From the human T2T-CHM13v2.0 reference genome, Homo sapiens, in the NCBI RefSeq assembly GCF_009914755.1, contig NC_060947.1: 64,000 bases of DNA; one strand, written 5' to 3'. Of this stretch, positions 12,021 to 24,740 are shown piece by piece. Made by a program: the position numbers and the translations under genes. Every line of letters begins with the position of its first letter. The first letter of the stretch is position 1. Below the pieces are notes generated by a model that saw only the letters and a list, made by a program, of their open reading frames with translations, searched no databases and was not told the origin of the DNA.

Positions 12021-15000
12021 AGGAACTTAGGACCTAAAGTGAAGTGATGTCTCACCAAAAACTAACACATGTGGCTTCAGCATTGGGACCAGACAGCAGG
12101 CAGAAACTAAAAGGACATTAAATAGACTATTAGTTAAGGTTGGAAGAGACTCAGGAAAACTGTTATGAAAAGCTAGAAGGGCCTTGAGAAGACCATGGCT
12201 TGGAAAACAGTGAGAAAAGCATTATTGGAGGAAAGATAAGGGGGCCCTTGCCAACACTCACCTGGGCATCATTGAAAATAAATCTGGGGCCCAATCAACT
12301 CATTAATATGGCTGGGAAGATTTCCAGGCAGGATATAAAAAATAGCAACTAGTTTCTTCCTCTTCATCTAGAGTGATCAACTAAAGGATGAACTGTTCAG
12401 TTTTCAAGCAGATGTGGAAGAAACATAAAGCAGCCAGGGTATGCTGGTTATAGAAATAACTGTTTAAGGAAGGGTATTAGTTCATTCTCACACTGCTATA
12501 AAGATACTACCTGAGACTGGGTCATTTATAAAGAAAGGAGGTTTAATTGACTCACAGTTCTGCATGGCTGGGGAGGCCTTAGGAAACTTACAATCATGGT
12601 AGAAGGCAAAGGGGAAGCAAGGCACCGCTTACATGGTGGCAGGAGACAGAGAGAGAGACCAGGGGAAACTGCCACTTTTAAACCATCAGATCTCATGAGA
12701 ATTCCCTCAGTATCACAAGAACAGCATGGAGGAAACCATTCCCATGACCCAGTCACCTCCCACCAGGTCCCAGGCTAAATACATGAGGATTATAATTCAA
12801 GATGAGATTTTGGTGGAGACACAGCCAAACCACATCATTCTCCCCTGGCCCCTCTCAAATCTCATGCCCTTCTCACATTTCAAAACACCATCATGCCTTC
12901 CAAACAGTCCTCCAAAATCTTAACTCATTCCAACATTAACCCAAAAGTCCAAGTCCAAAGTCTCATCTGAGACAAGGCAAGTTCCTTCTGCCTATGAGCC
13001 TGTAAAATCAAAAAGAAGTTAGTTACTTCCAAGATACAATGGGGGTACAGGTAATGGGTAAATGTTCCCATCCCAATTGGGAGAAATTGGCCAAACAAAG
13101 GGGCCACAGGCCCCATGCAAGTCCAAAACCTGGAAAGGAACTCATTAAAGCTCCAACATAATCTCTTTTGACTCTATGTCTCACATCCAGGGCACGCCGA
13201 TGCAAGGGGTGGGCTCCTACAGCCTTGGGCAGCTCTGTCCCTGTGGCTCTGCAGGGTTCAGCCCCTGTGGCTGCTTTCATAGATGGGTATTCAGCGACTG
13301 TGGCTTTTCCAGGCTCATGGCAAAAAGTTGTTAGTGGATCTACCACTCTGGGATCTGGAGGATGGTGGCCCTCTTCTCACAGCTCCACTAGGCAGTGCCC
13401 CAATGGGGACTCTGTGTGGGGGCTCCAATCTCACATTTTCCCTCTGCATTGTCCCAGTAGAGGTTCTCCATGAGTGCTCCACCCCTGCAGACTTCTGCCT
13501 GGACATCTAGGCATTTCTATACATCCTCTGAAATCTAGGTGGATGCTGCCAAGCCTCAACTCTTGACCTCTGTGCACCCGCAGGCCCAATACCACATGAA
13601 AGCCACCAAGGCTTGGGGCTTGCACCCTCTGAAGCAATGGCCCAAGCTATACTTTTGCCCCTTTTAGCCATGGATGGACCTGGAGCAGCTGGGACACAGG
13701 GCAACCTGTCCCGAGGCTGTACAGAGCACCAGGGCCCAGGGCCCAGCCCACAAAACCATTTTTCCCTCCTAGGCCTCTGGGCCTGTGATGGGAAGGGCTG
13801 CCACTAAGGTCTCTGAAATGCCCTGGAGGCATTTTTCCCATTGTCTTGACTAACATTCAGCTCCTCATTAATTAGGCAAATTTCTACAGCCAGCTTGAAT
13901 TTCTGCCCAGAAAATGGGTTTTTCTTATCTACCACATGATCAGGCTGCAAATTTTCCAAACTTTGATGCTCTGCTTCCCTTTTAGATAAAAGTTCCAGTT
14001 TCTGATAATCTCTTTGTGAATGCATATGACTGAATGCTTTCAGAATCAGCCAGGTCATAACTTGAATGCTTTGCTGCTTAGAAATTTCTTCTGCCAGATA
14101 CCCTAAATCATCTCTCTCAAGTTCAAAGTTCCACAGATCTCTAGGGCAGGGGCAAAATGCCACCAGTCTCTTTGCTAAAAAAATAGCAAGAGTGACCTTT
14201 GCTCCAGTTCCCAATAAGTTCCTCATCTCTATCTGAGACCACCTCAGCCTGGACTTCATTGTCCATATCACTATCAGCATTTTGGTCAAAACCATTCAAC
14301 AACTCTCTAGGAAGTTCCAAACTTCCCCACATTTTTATGTCTTCTTCTGAGCCCTCCAAACTGTTCCAACCTCTGCCTCTTACCCAGTTCCACAGTCACT
14401 TTCACATTTTCAGGTTATCTTTATAGGAGTACCCCACTCTGCTGATACCAATTCTCTGTATTAGTCTGTTCTCATATTGCTACAGAGATACTACCTGAGA
14501 ATGAGTAATTTATAAAGAAAGGAGGTTTAATTGACTCACAGTTCTGCATGGCTGGGGAGGCCTCAGGAAACTTACAATCATGGTAGAAGGCAAAGGGGAA
14601 GCAAGGTACATCTTACATGGCAGCAGGAGAGAGAGATTAGGGGAAACTGCCACTTTTAAACCATCAGATCTCGATAGAACTCCCTCACTGTCATGAGAAC
14701 AGCATAGGAGAAACTGCCACCATGATCCAATCACCTCCCACCAGGTCCCTCCTTTCACACATGAGGATTACAATTCAAGATGAGATTTGGGTAGGGAAAA
14801 AGAGCCAAATTATATCAGGAGGAAAGATTAAATCCTTGGCCAGATGACAGGATTTCAGTAAGATCCTTAGTTAAGACCTCAGAAAGATCTGTGCTTATAA
14901 ATCAATCTATAAGTTCCTTATAGAAAACTCAAGGTACCAACAAAAGACCATTCTAAGGATCTTAATGGCATACCTCTAGACCCCTGTCATAAACAACAGA

Positions 15001-15100
15001 GATTTTAAAAATCTTCACAGTCTTGTTCCACAGCAGCCCAGAGGTCCAAGATAGAAAAAAGCCTGTCTCAAAGAGATTTGTGGATACAGTTTTGTCTAAT
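12021..15100 (+). mobile_element. MLT1-internal sequence (12021-12472 and 14818-15100), interrupted by THE1D
   Basis: Follows the MLT1 LTR end directly; MaLR-int-like text on both sides of the THE1 insertion. Confidence 0.6.
12473..14817 (-). mobile_element. Complete THE1D-type MaLR provirus (LTR 12473-12837, internal 12838-14456, LTR 14457-14817)
   Basis: Two ~360-nt direct repeats (GTATTAG...CA(C/T)ATCA-type ends); THE1-int peptides (LWNFELERDDLGYLAEEISKQQSIQ); near-TSD ggaag (12468-12472) / ggagg (14818-14822). Confidence 0.93.
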
Positions 15101-15429
15101 TATACTCTTTACTATATACTGCTTCAAAGGTGTGACATGCTCATACTCTTTCCTCTTTTCACCATTCCCTTCTTCTCTCCCTGATTAAAACCTACTCAAC
15201 ATTCATTCAATGAAAACTTAATAAGCTACAGTTAGGTACAAGGCACTATTACTTTAAAAATATACTTAAAAAATGTACAAGATCTTTTGTAAAAAAGCTA
15301 ACAGAATTTGACTACTATAGTTGGACTATAGGATTAGGAATAATGTTCATTTTTTCTTCTCTTTTGACCCACCTATATTTCTAAATTTCTTACAGTAAAC
15401 TATATTGACTATTTTTTTAAAGATAGAGT

Positions 15430-15790
15430 AGAAGATTCTCTTCCCTAGCAGAACCCATATTTTGTTGGAGGTGACAATGTGTCCAGGTAAAAAACTCACT
15501 TCATCAAGCTCACTTGCAGTAACTGTTGGCCATGTGGTTTTATTCTAGCTAATGAAACAAAAGCTGAAGTTTTCTGGGAAAGCTTTTCATTTTTCTAATG
15601 AAGACACCACATCTTCCTGCTATCCTAGTTCTTCTTCCTGCTAGGAATGCAGGCATAATGCCTATAAATGTAGCAGGCAACTTGCAGCCATAATGATGAA
15701 AGAAAAAGTTGGATTAAAAGTTTGAGCCTGGGTTGATGATACTATCATGGAGCAACCACACCAACTATAGATTACCTACCTCAATATTTA
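15430..15790 (+). mobile_element. Old MaLR LTR fragment (MLT1J/K-like)
   Basis: GGCCATGTGGTTTTATTCTAGCTAATGA and GCAACTTGCAGCCATAA motifs. Confidence 0.6.
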
Positions 15791-16432
15791 TTTTATTTTT
15801 ATTTTTTAAGTTTATTGTGGTATGGTACAATTTACATAAAATTCACCCTTTATAAGTGTACAATGATGTGATTTTTGACAAATATATACAAACAGATATA
15901 CATTACCACCAGCATAATTAAGATGTAGAATGTTTCCATCACCCCCAAAAAGTTTTCTCATGACTTTCATACTCAATCCTCTCCCCAAGCTCCCGGCCTC
16001 TAACAAATGCTAACCTATTTTCTGCCTCTATAGATTTGTCATTTCCTGAAAATTACATAAATTGAATCATATAGTATATACCCTTTTGTATGTGGTTTAA
16101 CTTAGCGTAATGCTTTCTTGATTCATCCATGTTGTTGCACATATCATTAGTCTGTTCATATTTATTTCTTAGAAGTATCTCATTGTTTTAGATATACCAC
16201 AATATGACCATTCATTCACCAGCTGATGTGCATTTGGATTATTATCATATTTGTCTATTTAGAATAAACCAGACGTGAACATTCATGAGGTCTTTCTGTG
16301 GACATATGTTTGCATCTCTCTTGGGTGAAACACATAATCACATCTCTTTATGGATTATCTATTCCATTCCATTTATCTATATGTCCATCTTTGTACACCA
16401 TACTGTCTTCAGTACAGTAAATTTACAGTAAG
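15790..16432 (-). mobile_element. L1MC/ME-type 3' fragment
   Basis: Reverse-complement old L1 3' UTR with T-rich head. Confidence 0.75.
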
Positions 16433-16434
16433 AC

Positions 16435-18033
16435 TTTTTTAATATTTAAATTTTAGGTTCAGTGGGTACATGTGCAGGTTTGTTACATGAGTAAATTGCA
16501 TGTCACTGAGGCTTAGTGAATGAATGACTCCATCACCAAGGTAGTGAACATAGTACGTGATAGGTAGCCTTCCAACCCATGCCTCTCGCCCCACCATCCC
16601 TCCTCAAGCAGTCCCCAATATCTATTGTTCCCATCTTTGTTTCCATGTGTATTCACTGTTTAGCCCCCACTTGTAAGTGGGACTATGAAGTATTGGTTTT
16701 CCGTTCCTGCTTAATTTGCTTAGGATAATGGACTCCAGCTGCATCCATGTCGCTGAAATGAACATGATTTCCTTCTTTTCTTTGGCTGCATAGTATTCTA
16801 TGGTGTATATGTACCACATTTTCTTTATTCTGTCCAGCATGGATGGGCATCTAGATTGATTCTATGTCTTTGCTATTGTGAATAGCACTGTGGTGAAGAT
16901 ATGAGTGCAAGTGTCTTTTTGGTAGAAAAATTTATTTTCCTTTGGGTATGTATTAGCGTTCTCCAGAGAGACAGAACCAACAGGATAGATGTCTATATAT
17001 AAAGGAGTTTATTAGAGAATTTGCTCATACTACTACAAGGCAAATTCCTACAATAGGCATTCTGTACGCTGGGGAAAGAGAGAAGCCAAAAGTGGCTCAG
17101 TCTAAGTCCAAAAATCTCAAAACCAGGGAAGCCAATAGTGCAGCAAAAGGCCCAAAAGTTTCTGGAAAGCCACTTTGCTGGAAGTCCCAGAGTCCAAAGT
17201 CTGAAGAACCTGGAGTCCAATGTGCAAGGGCATAAGGAGTGGAAGCAAGCATCTGGTATGGGGAAAAAAAGAGAGCCAGAAGACTCAGCAAGCAAGCTAT
17301 CCCCCTTTCTTCCACCTGCTTTGTTTTAGCTGTGCTGGCAGCCAATTGCATGGTGCCACATTGAGGGTGGGTCTTCACTCCCAGTCCACCAGCTCGAATG
17401 TCAATCTCCTCCGGCAACACCCTCACAAACACACCCAGAAACAACACTTTACCAGTTATATAGGAATCCCTCAATTCAATCAAATTGACACCTAATATTA
17501 ACCATCACATATACCCAATAGTGAGATTGCTGGGTCAAATGGTAGTTCTGTTTTAAGCCCTTTTGGCAATCTCCAGACTGCTGTCCGCAGTGGCTGAATT
17601 ATTCACATCTCCACCAGGAGTGTATAAACAACCTCACCAGCATCTGATGTTTTCTGACTTTTAAGTAATAGTTATTCTGACTGGTGTGAGATGGTATCTC
17701 ATTATGGTTTTGATTTGCATTTCTCTAATGATTAATGATAATGAGCATTTTTCATATATTTGTTGGCCACGTGTATGTCTTCTTTTGAGAAGTGTTTGAT
17801 TATGTTCTTTGCCCATTTTTATTGGGGTTGTGTTTTGCTTGTGAATTTGTTTAAATTCTTTAGATTCTGAATATTAGACCTTTGTTGGATACATAGTTTG
17901 CAAATATTTTCTCCCATTCTATAGGTTGTCTCTTTACTCTGTTGATAGTTTCTTTTGCTGTGCAGAAGCTCTTTAATTATATCTCACTTGTCAATTTTTA
18001 TTTTTGTTGTAATTGCTTTTGAGGACTTAACCA
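16435..18033 (-). mobile_element. L1PA15/16-like 3' portion, split by an MLT2 LTR
   Basis: ORF2 C-terminus on the minus strand (MLDRIKKMWYIYTIEYYAA, 16622-16840); sequence is continuous across the LTR. Confidence 0.88.
16949..17509 (-). mobile_element. ERVL solo LTR (MLT2A2/MLT2B-like)
   Basis: TGTATTAG...GTTCTCCAGAGAGACAGAACC start and AATATTAACCATCACA end match the reverse complement of MLT2 termini. Confidence 0.88.
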
Positions 18034-18037
18034 TAAT

Positions 18038-18297
18038 TCAGATGTGGATGGGTGTAGCTCCTAACACACATGGTAAACTGAGGTAGCTGACAGATGTTTG
18101 AGTTGTGCACACATGTGCATTTTGTGCATTCCTACACTGCTCACTACAGGTGGAGTTTTCTGTGTTCCCCTAGTGTTTTTCTTGAACAAAATAATGCATA
18201 CGTGAAATGTGCATTATGGTCAAATTGTTCCCTAATATATCAATTGTGTTGAAACAAATTCAAATTTTCAAAGCAAGAGTTATAACATAACTGACTG
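18038..18297. mobile_element. TcMar-Tigger-family MITE fragment (MER82-like)
   Basis: Ends in AAATTGTTCCCTAATATATCAAT...GTTATAACATAACTGACTG, resembling the MER82 terminal inverted repeat. Confidence 0.6.
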
Positions 18298-18299
18298 CA

Positions 18300-19130
18300 T
18301 GTTAGACGTTAAAATAGACATGTCTAATAGGCAGTTGGATTTATAAGTCTAGAGTTTATGGCAGAGGTACCAACTAAATATAATTTAGAAGTCATCAACA
18401 TATATATGCTATTGAAAGTCATGCAACTGGTTGAGACTACCTAGGGAGTGCATATAAATATAGAAGACATCAAGTTCTAGGACATTCCAACGTTTAGAAG
18501 TCAGGAAGATGAGGAGGAATCAGGAAAGGATTCTGAGAAGGAATAGTCGAAATGGTTGGAGGAGAATCAGGGAAGTGGGCTTTCCTAGAAGCCAAGTGTA
18601 GAAAGTTTTTCAAGGAAGAGGGAGGAATCAACTGTATCGAATAAAGCAGATAGGTCAAGTATAAAAAAGGACTAGGAAACATTCTTGTAATCTGGTTACC
18701 TGGAGGGGACTGGTAACTTTGACAAGAATAGTTGAGTAGAGTGGTGAGAAAGAAGGCCTGATGGGAAATAGTTGAAGAGGAATTGGGAAAAAAAAGGACT
18801 GAAGACAGCTAGTACGGGGAATTATTTTTCGAGGGAAAGAAAAATACAGCAAAGCTGGTATGATACATCAGAATTTTTCTTTAAGATTGAAGAAATTACA
18901 GCTTGTTTATATGCTGATCAGAACAGAGGTCCTGGGTGTAGATGCAGGTAGGTGGAAAAGATGTTGATAGTATGTGGAGATTCCCTTTGATTGCCTCTGT
19001 TTTCTCAGTGAAGCAGAAAGCAAGATCATTTTCAGCTGAGAGTGAGGCAGGAAAGGAGGTGTTGGCATTCCAGGAGAAAAGAATCAAACCATTGTTCAGG
19101 AGAGTTTGAAAGGACTAGGGTAACAGAATA
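18300..19130 (-). mobile_element. L2a fragment including the RT region
   Basis: G/A-rich antisense L2 text (AGGCAGTTGGAT, GGAATCAACTGTATCGAATAAAGCAGATAGGTCAAGT, matching the DLSAAFDT region). Confidence 0.8.
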
Positions 19131-19134
19131 ACAT

Positions 19135-19410
19135 ATTTATTTTTTAAAGTTCCTAGATAGAACCACTGGATCAAAGGATGCATATAATTTTCATTTTGTT
19201 AGATACTGTCAAATTGCCCTCTGACAGTACATTAGTTCACATCCCCACATGTGACAATGCCTGCTTTCTCAAGCCTCTGCCAACACAGTATGCTATCAAG
19301 CATTTACGCCCTTTTCAATCTGAGGGTTGAAAATGATATCTCAGTGCAGTTTTAGTTTGAAATGTTCTTATTTATGTGAAATTGAGCATTTTTTCTTATG
19401 AATAGTGACA
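19135..19410 (-). mobile_element. L1ME-type fragment
   Basis: Degenerate reverse-complement ORF2 C-terminus. Confidence 0.6.
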
Positions 19411-21344
19411 AAGGACCACAGATAAAACTAGATCCTTCCAGGGAGCTGTGACTTGGTAATTTAGGCAAACAATTTCTTTTCATTTTCTGTCTCCATCCAC
19501 TCAACCAGTATTTACTGAGTGTCTACTATGGATTATACGCTGTTCTATTGACCAAGGGATACAGCAGTGAACAAAAAAAAATCAATATCAGAAGCTAAGC
19601 TGGGAGCCATATCCCAGAATCACAGAAACTCGAGGGAAGAAGAGGTCACAGGTAACCGCCATGATCAAGACAAGAACCCAGGGCAGAAATCAAGCTTTCT
19701 GTTAGGTGCTATGGAGAGGAACACTAAGATTTTTGAGCAGGCAAATGATATAAAATCGAGCTGAGCTTTAGGATGACAAATCAACCCATTTGTTTGTGGA
19801 TTAAGGATTAAGGAAAAGCAGCAGCTGGTTCATGGGAAGTACTTAGTAAATGTGAAAGGGGAAAAAAAAGGACTTTCCATGAGGGAAAGGTGGCTACAGA
19901 TACAATAGAAGTCCTCTTCTTCACAGAACTCTGAATCAGTTGGTCTTGTAGGTACTCAGAGAAAAATTGAATATAGAGGAATTAACTACTAAAAGCTGTG
20001 CTCAGCCACTCTCCCAGGTCCCCTGGACTCCCTGTGATTTTCCAGGCATTGTAGCAATGGGTGATTCTAGAGCGGAACTGGAGGCACAATGCCTATTTAA
20101 AGATATATTTTCAGCCTTAAAGAATTCCTCCTGGCAATGCTCTCAGCTGCAGCCCTTGGGAATTGATGCAAATTTCCACTCAGGTATCAAATTACATATG
20201 CTGAACGATGTAATTCAAACTTATCTGAACCAAGTTCCTCAGTGCTAAGCTGACATGCAAACCAAAAAAGCCATGCTATTTGAGTAGTTTCCTTGATTTC
20301 TCCTTCCACTGGCAGTACCCACATGTCTACAATTCCAGTCAATCTTGTAAACTGGAAAACTTCCCAATCAAAATAGGAAGCATTCATCAAATATAATCAT
20401 AAACTCCTGTCCTGGAACTCCTTGTGGTGTCCCTGGAAGCTGAAGATGTCGTTTGGGAAAGCACTTAGCCAGGCAGCAATATTGCTCAACCTTTCCCCTC
20501 TCCTGGCACCCTGGAATTCTCTTGCAAAAAGTTGCCAAGTCATAAATCACTAGAGCTGTGTTGAAGTTTGAAAATTTTTAGTTTCCCTAAACCTCCTTCC
20601 AGTCCTCACAAAGTCCAACTACATGGCTGTTTTAGGCGCCTACACTGAGATTCCTGCTCATTTCGACACAAATCTTGATAACCCCAACATCAATCCCTCC
20701 CTAGTGTGAAGTAATCTGAGCAATTCTCTGTTCTTGTAAAACAAGAACCTGATTTCCCATGTATTGGTTATTTAGCAATGAACTCATTACTTCATCACTG
20801 AGGATACATAGCAACCTTAGCAACCTTTGGATGGTTGTGAAGAAAAAGTGAATTATCATGTACTACATGTCTTCTAAGTGTCAGGCACTGTGTTGGGTGT
20901 TTATAAAAGTTATCTCATTTTGGTCAGGATCATGACTGTAATGTAAGATACTCTGTAAACATTAAACACTCTAGAATATAAGAAATTATTATTGTGGGGT
21001 ATTAATGCTGCAATCCTTCCTTTACAATGAGAAAATTCACAGAAAGCATTCCCATAGTGTCTCATACTTTTCTCAAGATCCGTAGTCCTAACAAAAGGCA
21101 AATGGTGATATCACATATGTCTGCATTCGCTCATTGGACTGTTAGCAATCAGAGGGCAAAGACTAGGTGTTATTTTTCCTTTGTCCACAGCCAAGCAAAA
21201 TAAGCAGTGCCTAGGTCAAAACAGGTGCCTAGAAAATGTGTGTTAAGTAATTTGAAGGCAATTCAGGGTGAGGAGGTCAGACACTAATTGACAATGCTGA
21301 TGAATGTGATGACTGATTGATAAAGATGACAGAAGTGCCATGCT

Positions 21345-21812
21345 TAGAAACAATTCTTATCCTTACCATGGCCTGGAACCCTCTAGTATCCTTCTTCTGC
21401 TAACTTCTGCTAACTCACTATGATCCAAACACAGCAGCCTTCTTGCTATATTTCAGACATACCAAGCAACCCCTACCGCAGGACCTTTGCCTTTGCTGCT
21501 CTTCATGGCTTACTCTTACTTCATTCAGGTCTCTGTTCAAATGACACATCTTCAGAGAAAACTGTTCTGACTGTAATTTCTAAAACAGAATGCCTGAAAT
21601 CTTGCTAGTTCTTTACCCTGCTCTATTTTTATTAATCACACTTACCAATACCTAACATCATGAATCCAATAGTTTGCTTGTTCCACTAATGTATAAGCTT
21701 CAATTAAGAGAGAGATGTTTTCTTACTCACCATGGCAACTCCAGCACCGGAATAACGCCTGGCATGCAGCAGGTACTCAAAACTTTGTTCAAAGAACAAA
21801 CAAATTGATGAA
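21345..21812 (+). mobile_element. L2 3' end
   Basis: Ends CCTGGCATGCAGCAGGTACTCAAAAC, typical of the L2 3' terminus. Confidence 0.7.
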
Positions 21813-22981
21813 TAATTTAGGTCTGAGAGTTAATTGCCAGGTCAAGACCCCTGTGGCTTAAAGATTCCTGATGCTTTTTTACATCATACTTAAAGTAAAA
21901 GTGTAGAGCACGACATATTGCTAATAACAAACAGGTTGCTCAGCCTTCTAATCTCTAGATCCTTCTGGAGCTATGTAATTTGGAAAGTAAAATTGAATTC
22001 CACATCGGTTTATCCAAAAATAATCCTTGAATGATTAAAAATATGAATTCAAAATCCAGATTGGCAGCAAAAGTTAAGACAATCAACACTAAAAGAATAA
22101 ACTAATTCGGATAGTCCTAATTTGCCTTCAGAACAGAACAAAAATGAAAACATCTTAATCAAATACAATAATTTTCCTTCTCTAACTGACCCAGCATGCG
22201 CAGAAAATCTGCCAACACAAATTCCAGTTGTGTTCAGTAGGATGAGAATGACATGCCAGAAAATCTGACAAGTCAAGAGGGGTAACAGAAATGGAGCCTT
22301 TGCCCAAGAGAGAAGGGGAAGTGTGTGCGTAGGGGTGGTTCATTCAAAATATGGAACATGACTTTGTGATTAAAAATGTATATGATGCTCAGAAACCCCT
22401 TTTGATTTTTAAAATCAAAAGCCTGTAATATTCTTGCAATAACTTTAAGATATCATAGATTTTACAGATAGCCATGAGATTACTAGCTTAAATCTAGATA
22501 TTTCTTTAGAGCAGTGAAGGGGAGCTTGACCAAGTCTTTGTGTGAGCTGTTACCCTTGGCCTTAAGGAGACCACCACTTAACTTCAAGAAACATAAAATT
22601 TAACCAATCTAATAAATAGGTGTCAGATGTAACAGCTGGGAATCTTCTTCTAGTAGAAGACAGATGTTAGTAGAAGACACTGGAACATTGACTTCCACAT
22701 TGGTGTCCCAATAAATGCACCCACTTCAGTTCCTCCTTACTCTTCAATCCCATGGACTTTGCTTTATCAGCATTTCATTTCAGCCACCTACCACCCAAAC
22801 CCAATTTTATGATAGAGCAAGAACACCTGAACTATACTGACTGTAACCACCAACAAGAGAGAACAACCCTCCTGTTATTGAATGTTCATAATTTTTTAGT
22901 AAGGATGTCACGGATTCTGTTCAGACAAAGAATTGCTATACTGTGGGCCTATAACCAGAGAGGTTTTTAAGCTACTTTTAT

Positions 22982-23460
22982 TGTATGTCATTTTGGGTAT
23001 CCAAGAAACAGCTTTTAACAAAAAGTTAGGAACACAAGAAATTCATTGGGGAGTAATGCCTGTGAAAGCTGAAAAGGGAATAAAGCAGATGAGCAGAAAG
23101 GGCCTTCAGATTGCCTTACAGATATGATACCTGTGAAAGGAAAGGAGGAGGAAATCAAGATTTAGCAGGAAGAGCTTCACATCAAACTGCATATCTGAGA
23201 AAGTCTTGGAAAACCCAGTGAGAAGCTCTGGAGCAAAGATTGTCCATTAGAGGCATCCCCTAAAGGACAGGCACTAGCAACCACATCATGCCCAATCATT
23301 GGCTAAATACCACTCAGTAAGTGTGGCCTTCCCCCACACTCTGAGGCAGATCCTGAAGGTGCTGCACCTGGAGGATGCCAACTCACTGCATCCCCTGCAT
23401 ATGAACAGCAGGTTCTTTCTTGAAGGGTGATCTGAGGAGTGAACTTTCATGACTGCCACA
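22982..23460 (-). mobile_element. ERVL solo LTR (LTR16-type)
   Basis: TG...CA bounded; the end GCAGGTTCTTTCTTGAAGGGTGATCTGAG...TGACTGCCACA is the reverse complement of the LTR16 start. Confidence 0.75.
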
Positions 23461-23794
23461 TCTGGGGATCAGATCTCACCTGGAAGTTACAGACATTCAT
23501 TGTTTCAATTGGCTGTGAATGAGGCAGGTCTCACAAATTAGAAACCAGAGCTCAATACGAGAATCCTAAGTAGGTGGCAATGTTAGAGCCTGGACTTTTG
23601 CACGCGTTGAAAAAGAAAATACATTGACCAGTCTTTGAAAGATAGAAAATAAGATGACTCTTACCACATGAAGATTAATTAGTGGGGTAGAGGCCAGGCC
23701 AAGGAACTGAAGACATGCTTGCTGTTTAAGGATTGATGTTAGTTAACAACATACGTAATTTAGAAAATTGGGTTTGAGAACCTTATGCCATTGG

Positions 23795-24740
23795 GATTTT
23801 TTTAACTGCAATTTTCATTGAGATTATTGTAGATCCCTTTGCAGCTGCAAAAAATAATGCAGAGAATTCCGTGTACACTTTATCAAGTTTCCCCCGATGG
23901 TAACATTTTGCAAAAGCATAATATCACAACCAAGATATTGATATTGATATAATCCACTGATCTTATTCAGAGTTCCCTAGTTTTACCTGTACTCATTTCT
24001 CTGTTTGTGTGTGTGTGTATGTGCACGTGTGTGTGTGTGACACCACCATCACAGTCAAGATACTGAACATCTCCATCACCACAAGATCCCTCATATTGCA
24101 GCCTCACTCACTTTGCTCCCACATTTTTATCCCTATCTGTAGCCCCTGGCAATTACCAATCTTTTCTCCATTTCTCAAAATTTCTCCCTTCAAAAACATT
24201 AGATACATAATTAAATCATCCATTATGTAACCACTTGAGATTGGCTTTTTCACTCTGCATAATGCCCTTGAGATTCATCCAAGTTGTTGCATGTATCAAT
24301 AGTGTATTCCTTTTTGTCACTGGTATGATATGGATGTGCTACAGATTGTTTAACCATTTACCCATTGAAGGACATCTTGGTGTTTTTCCCCAATTTTGGG
24401 CTACAAACATTGTCGTATAGATTTCTGTGTGAATGTAAGTTTTCATTGCTCTGGGATAACTGCCCAGAAGTGCTGAGTTATTGCTGAGTTACGTTGTAGT
24501 TGCATGTTTTGTTTCTTAAGAAATTACTAAAATGTTTTCCAGTGCAGCTATACCATTTTACATTCTACCAATAATGTAGAAGTGACCCAATTTCTCTGCA
24601 TCCTCACCAGCATTTGGTATTGTTATTATGTTTTATTTTAGCCATTCTGATAAATGTGTAGCAATGTCTCACTGTGGCTTTCATTTGTGTTTCCCTAAGG
24701 CTAACAATGTTGGACATCTTTGCATGTGGTCATTTGTATT
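23795..24740 (-). mobile_element. L1MC/ME-type 3' end
   Basis: Reverse-complement 3' UTR with internal (TG)n and ORF2 end (CATCCTCACCAGCATTTGGTATTG). Confidence 0.8.

Noticed and set aside
12526-14758. Dense cluster of overlapping ORFs
   Set aside because: All lie within THE1D LTR or internal sequence and are decayed MaLR ORF pieces or chance frames.
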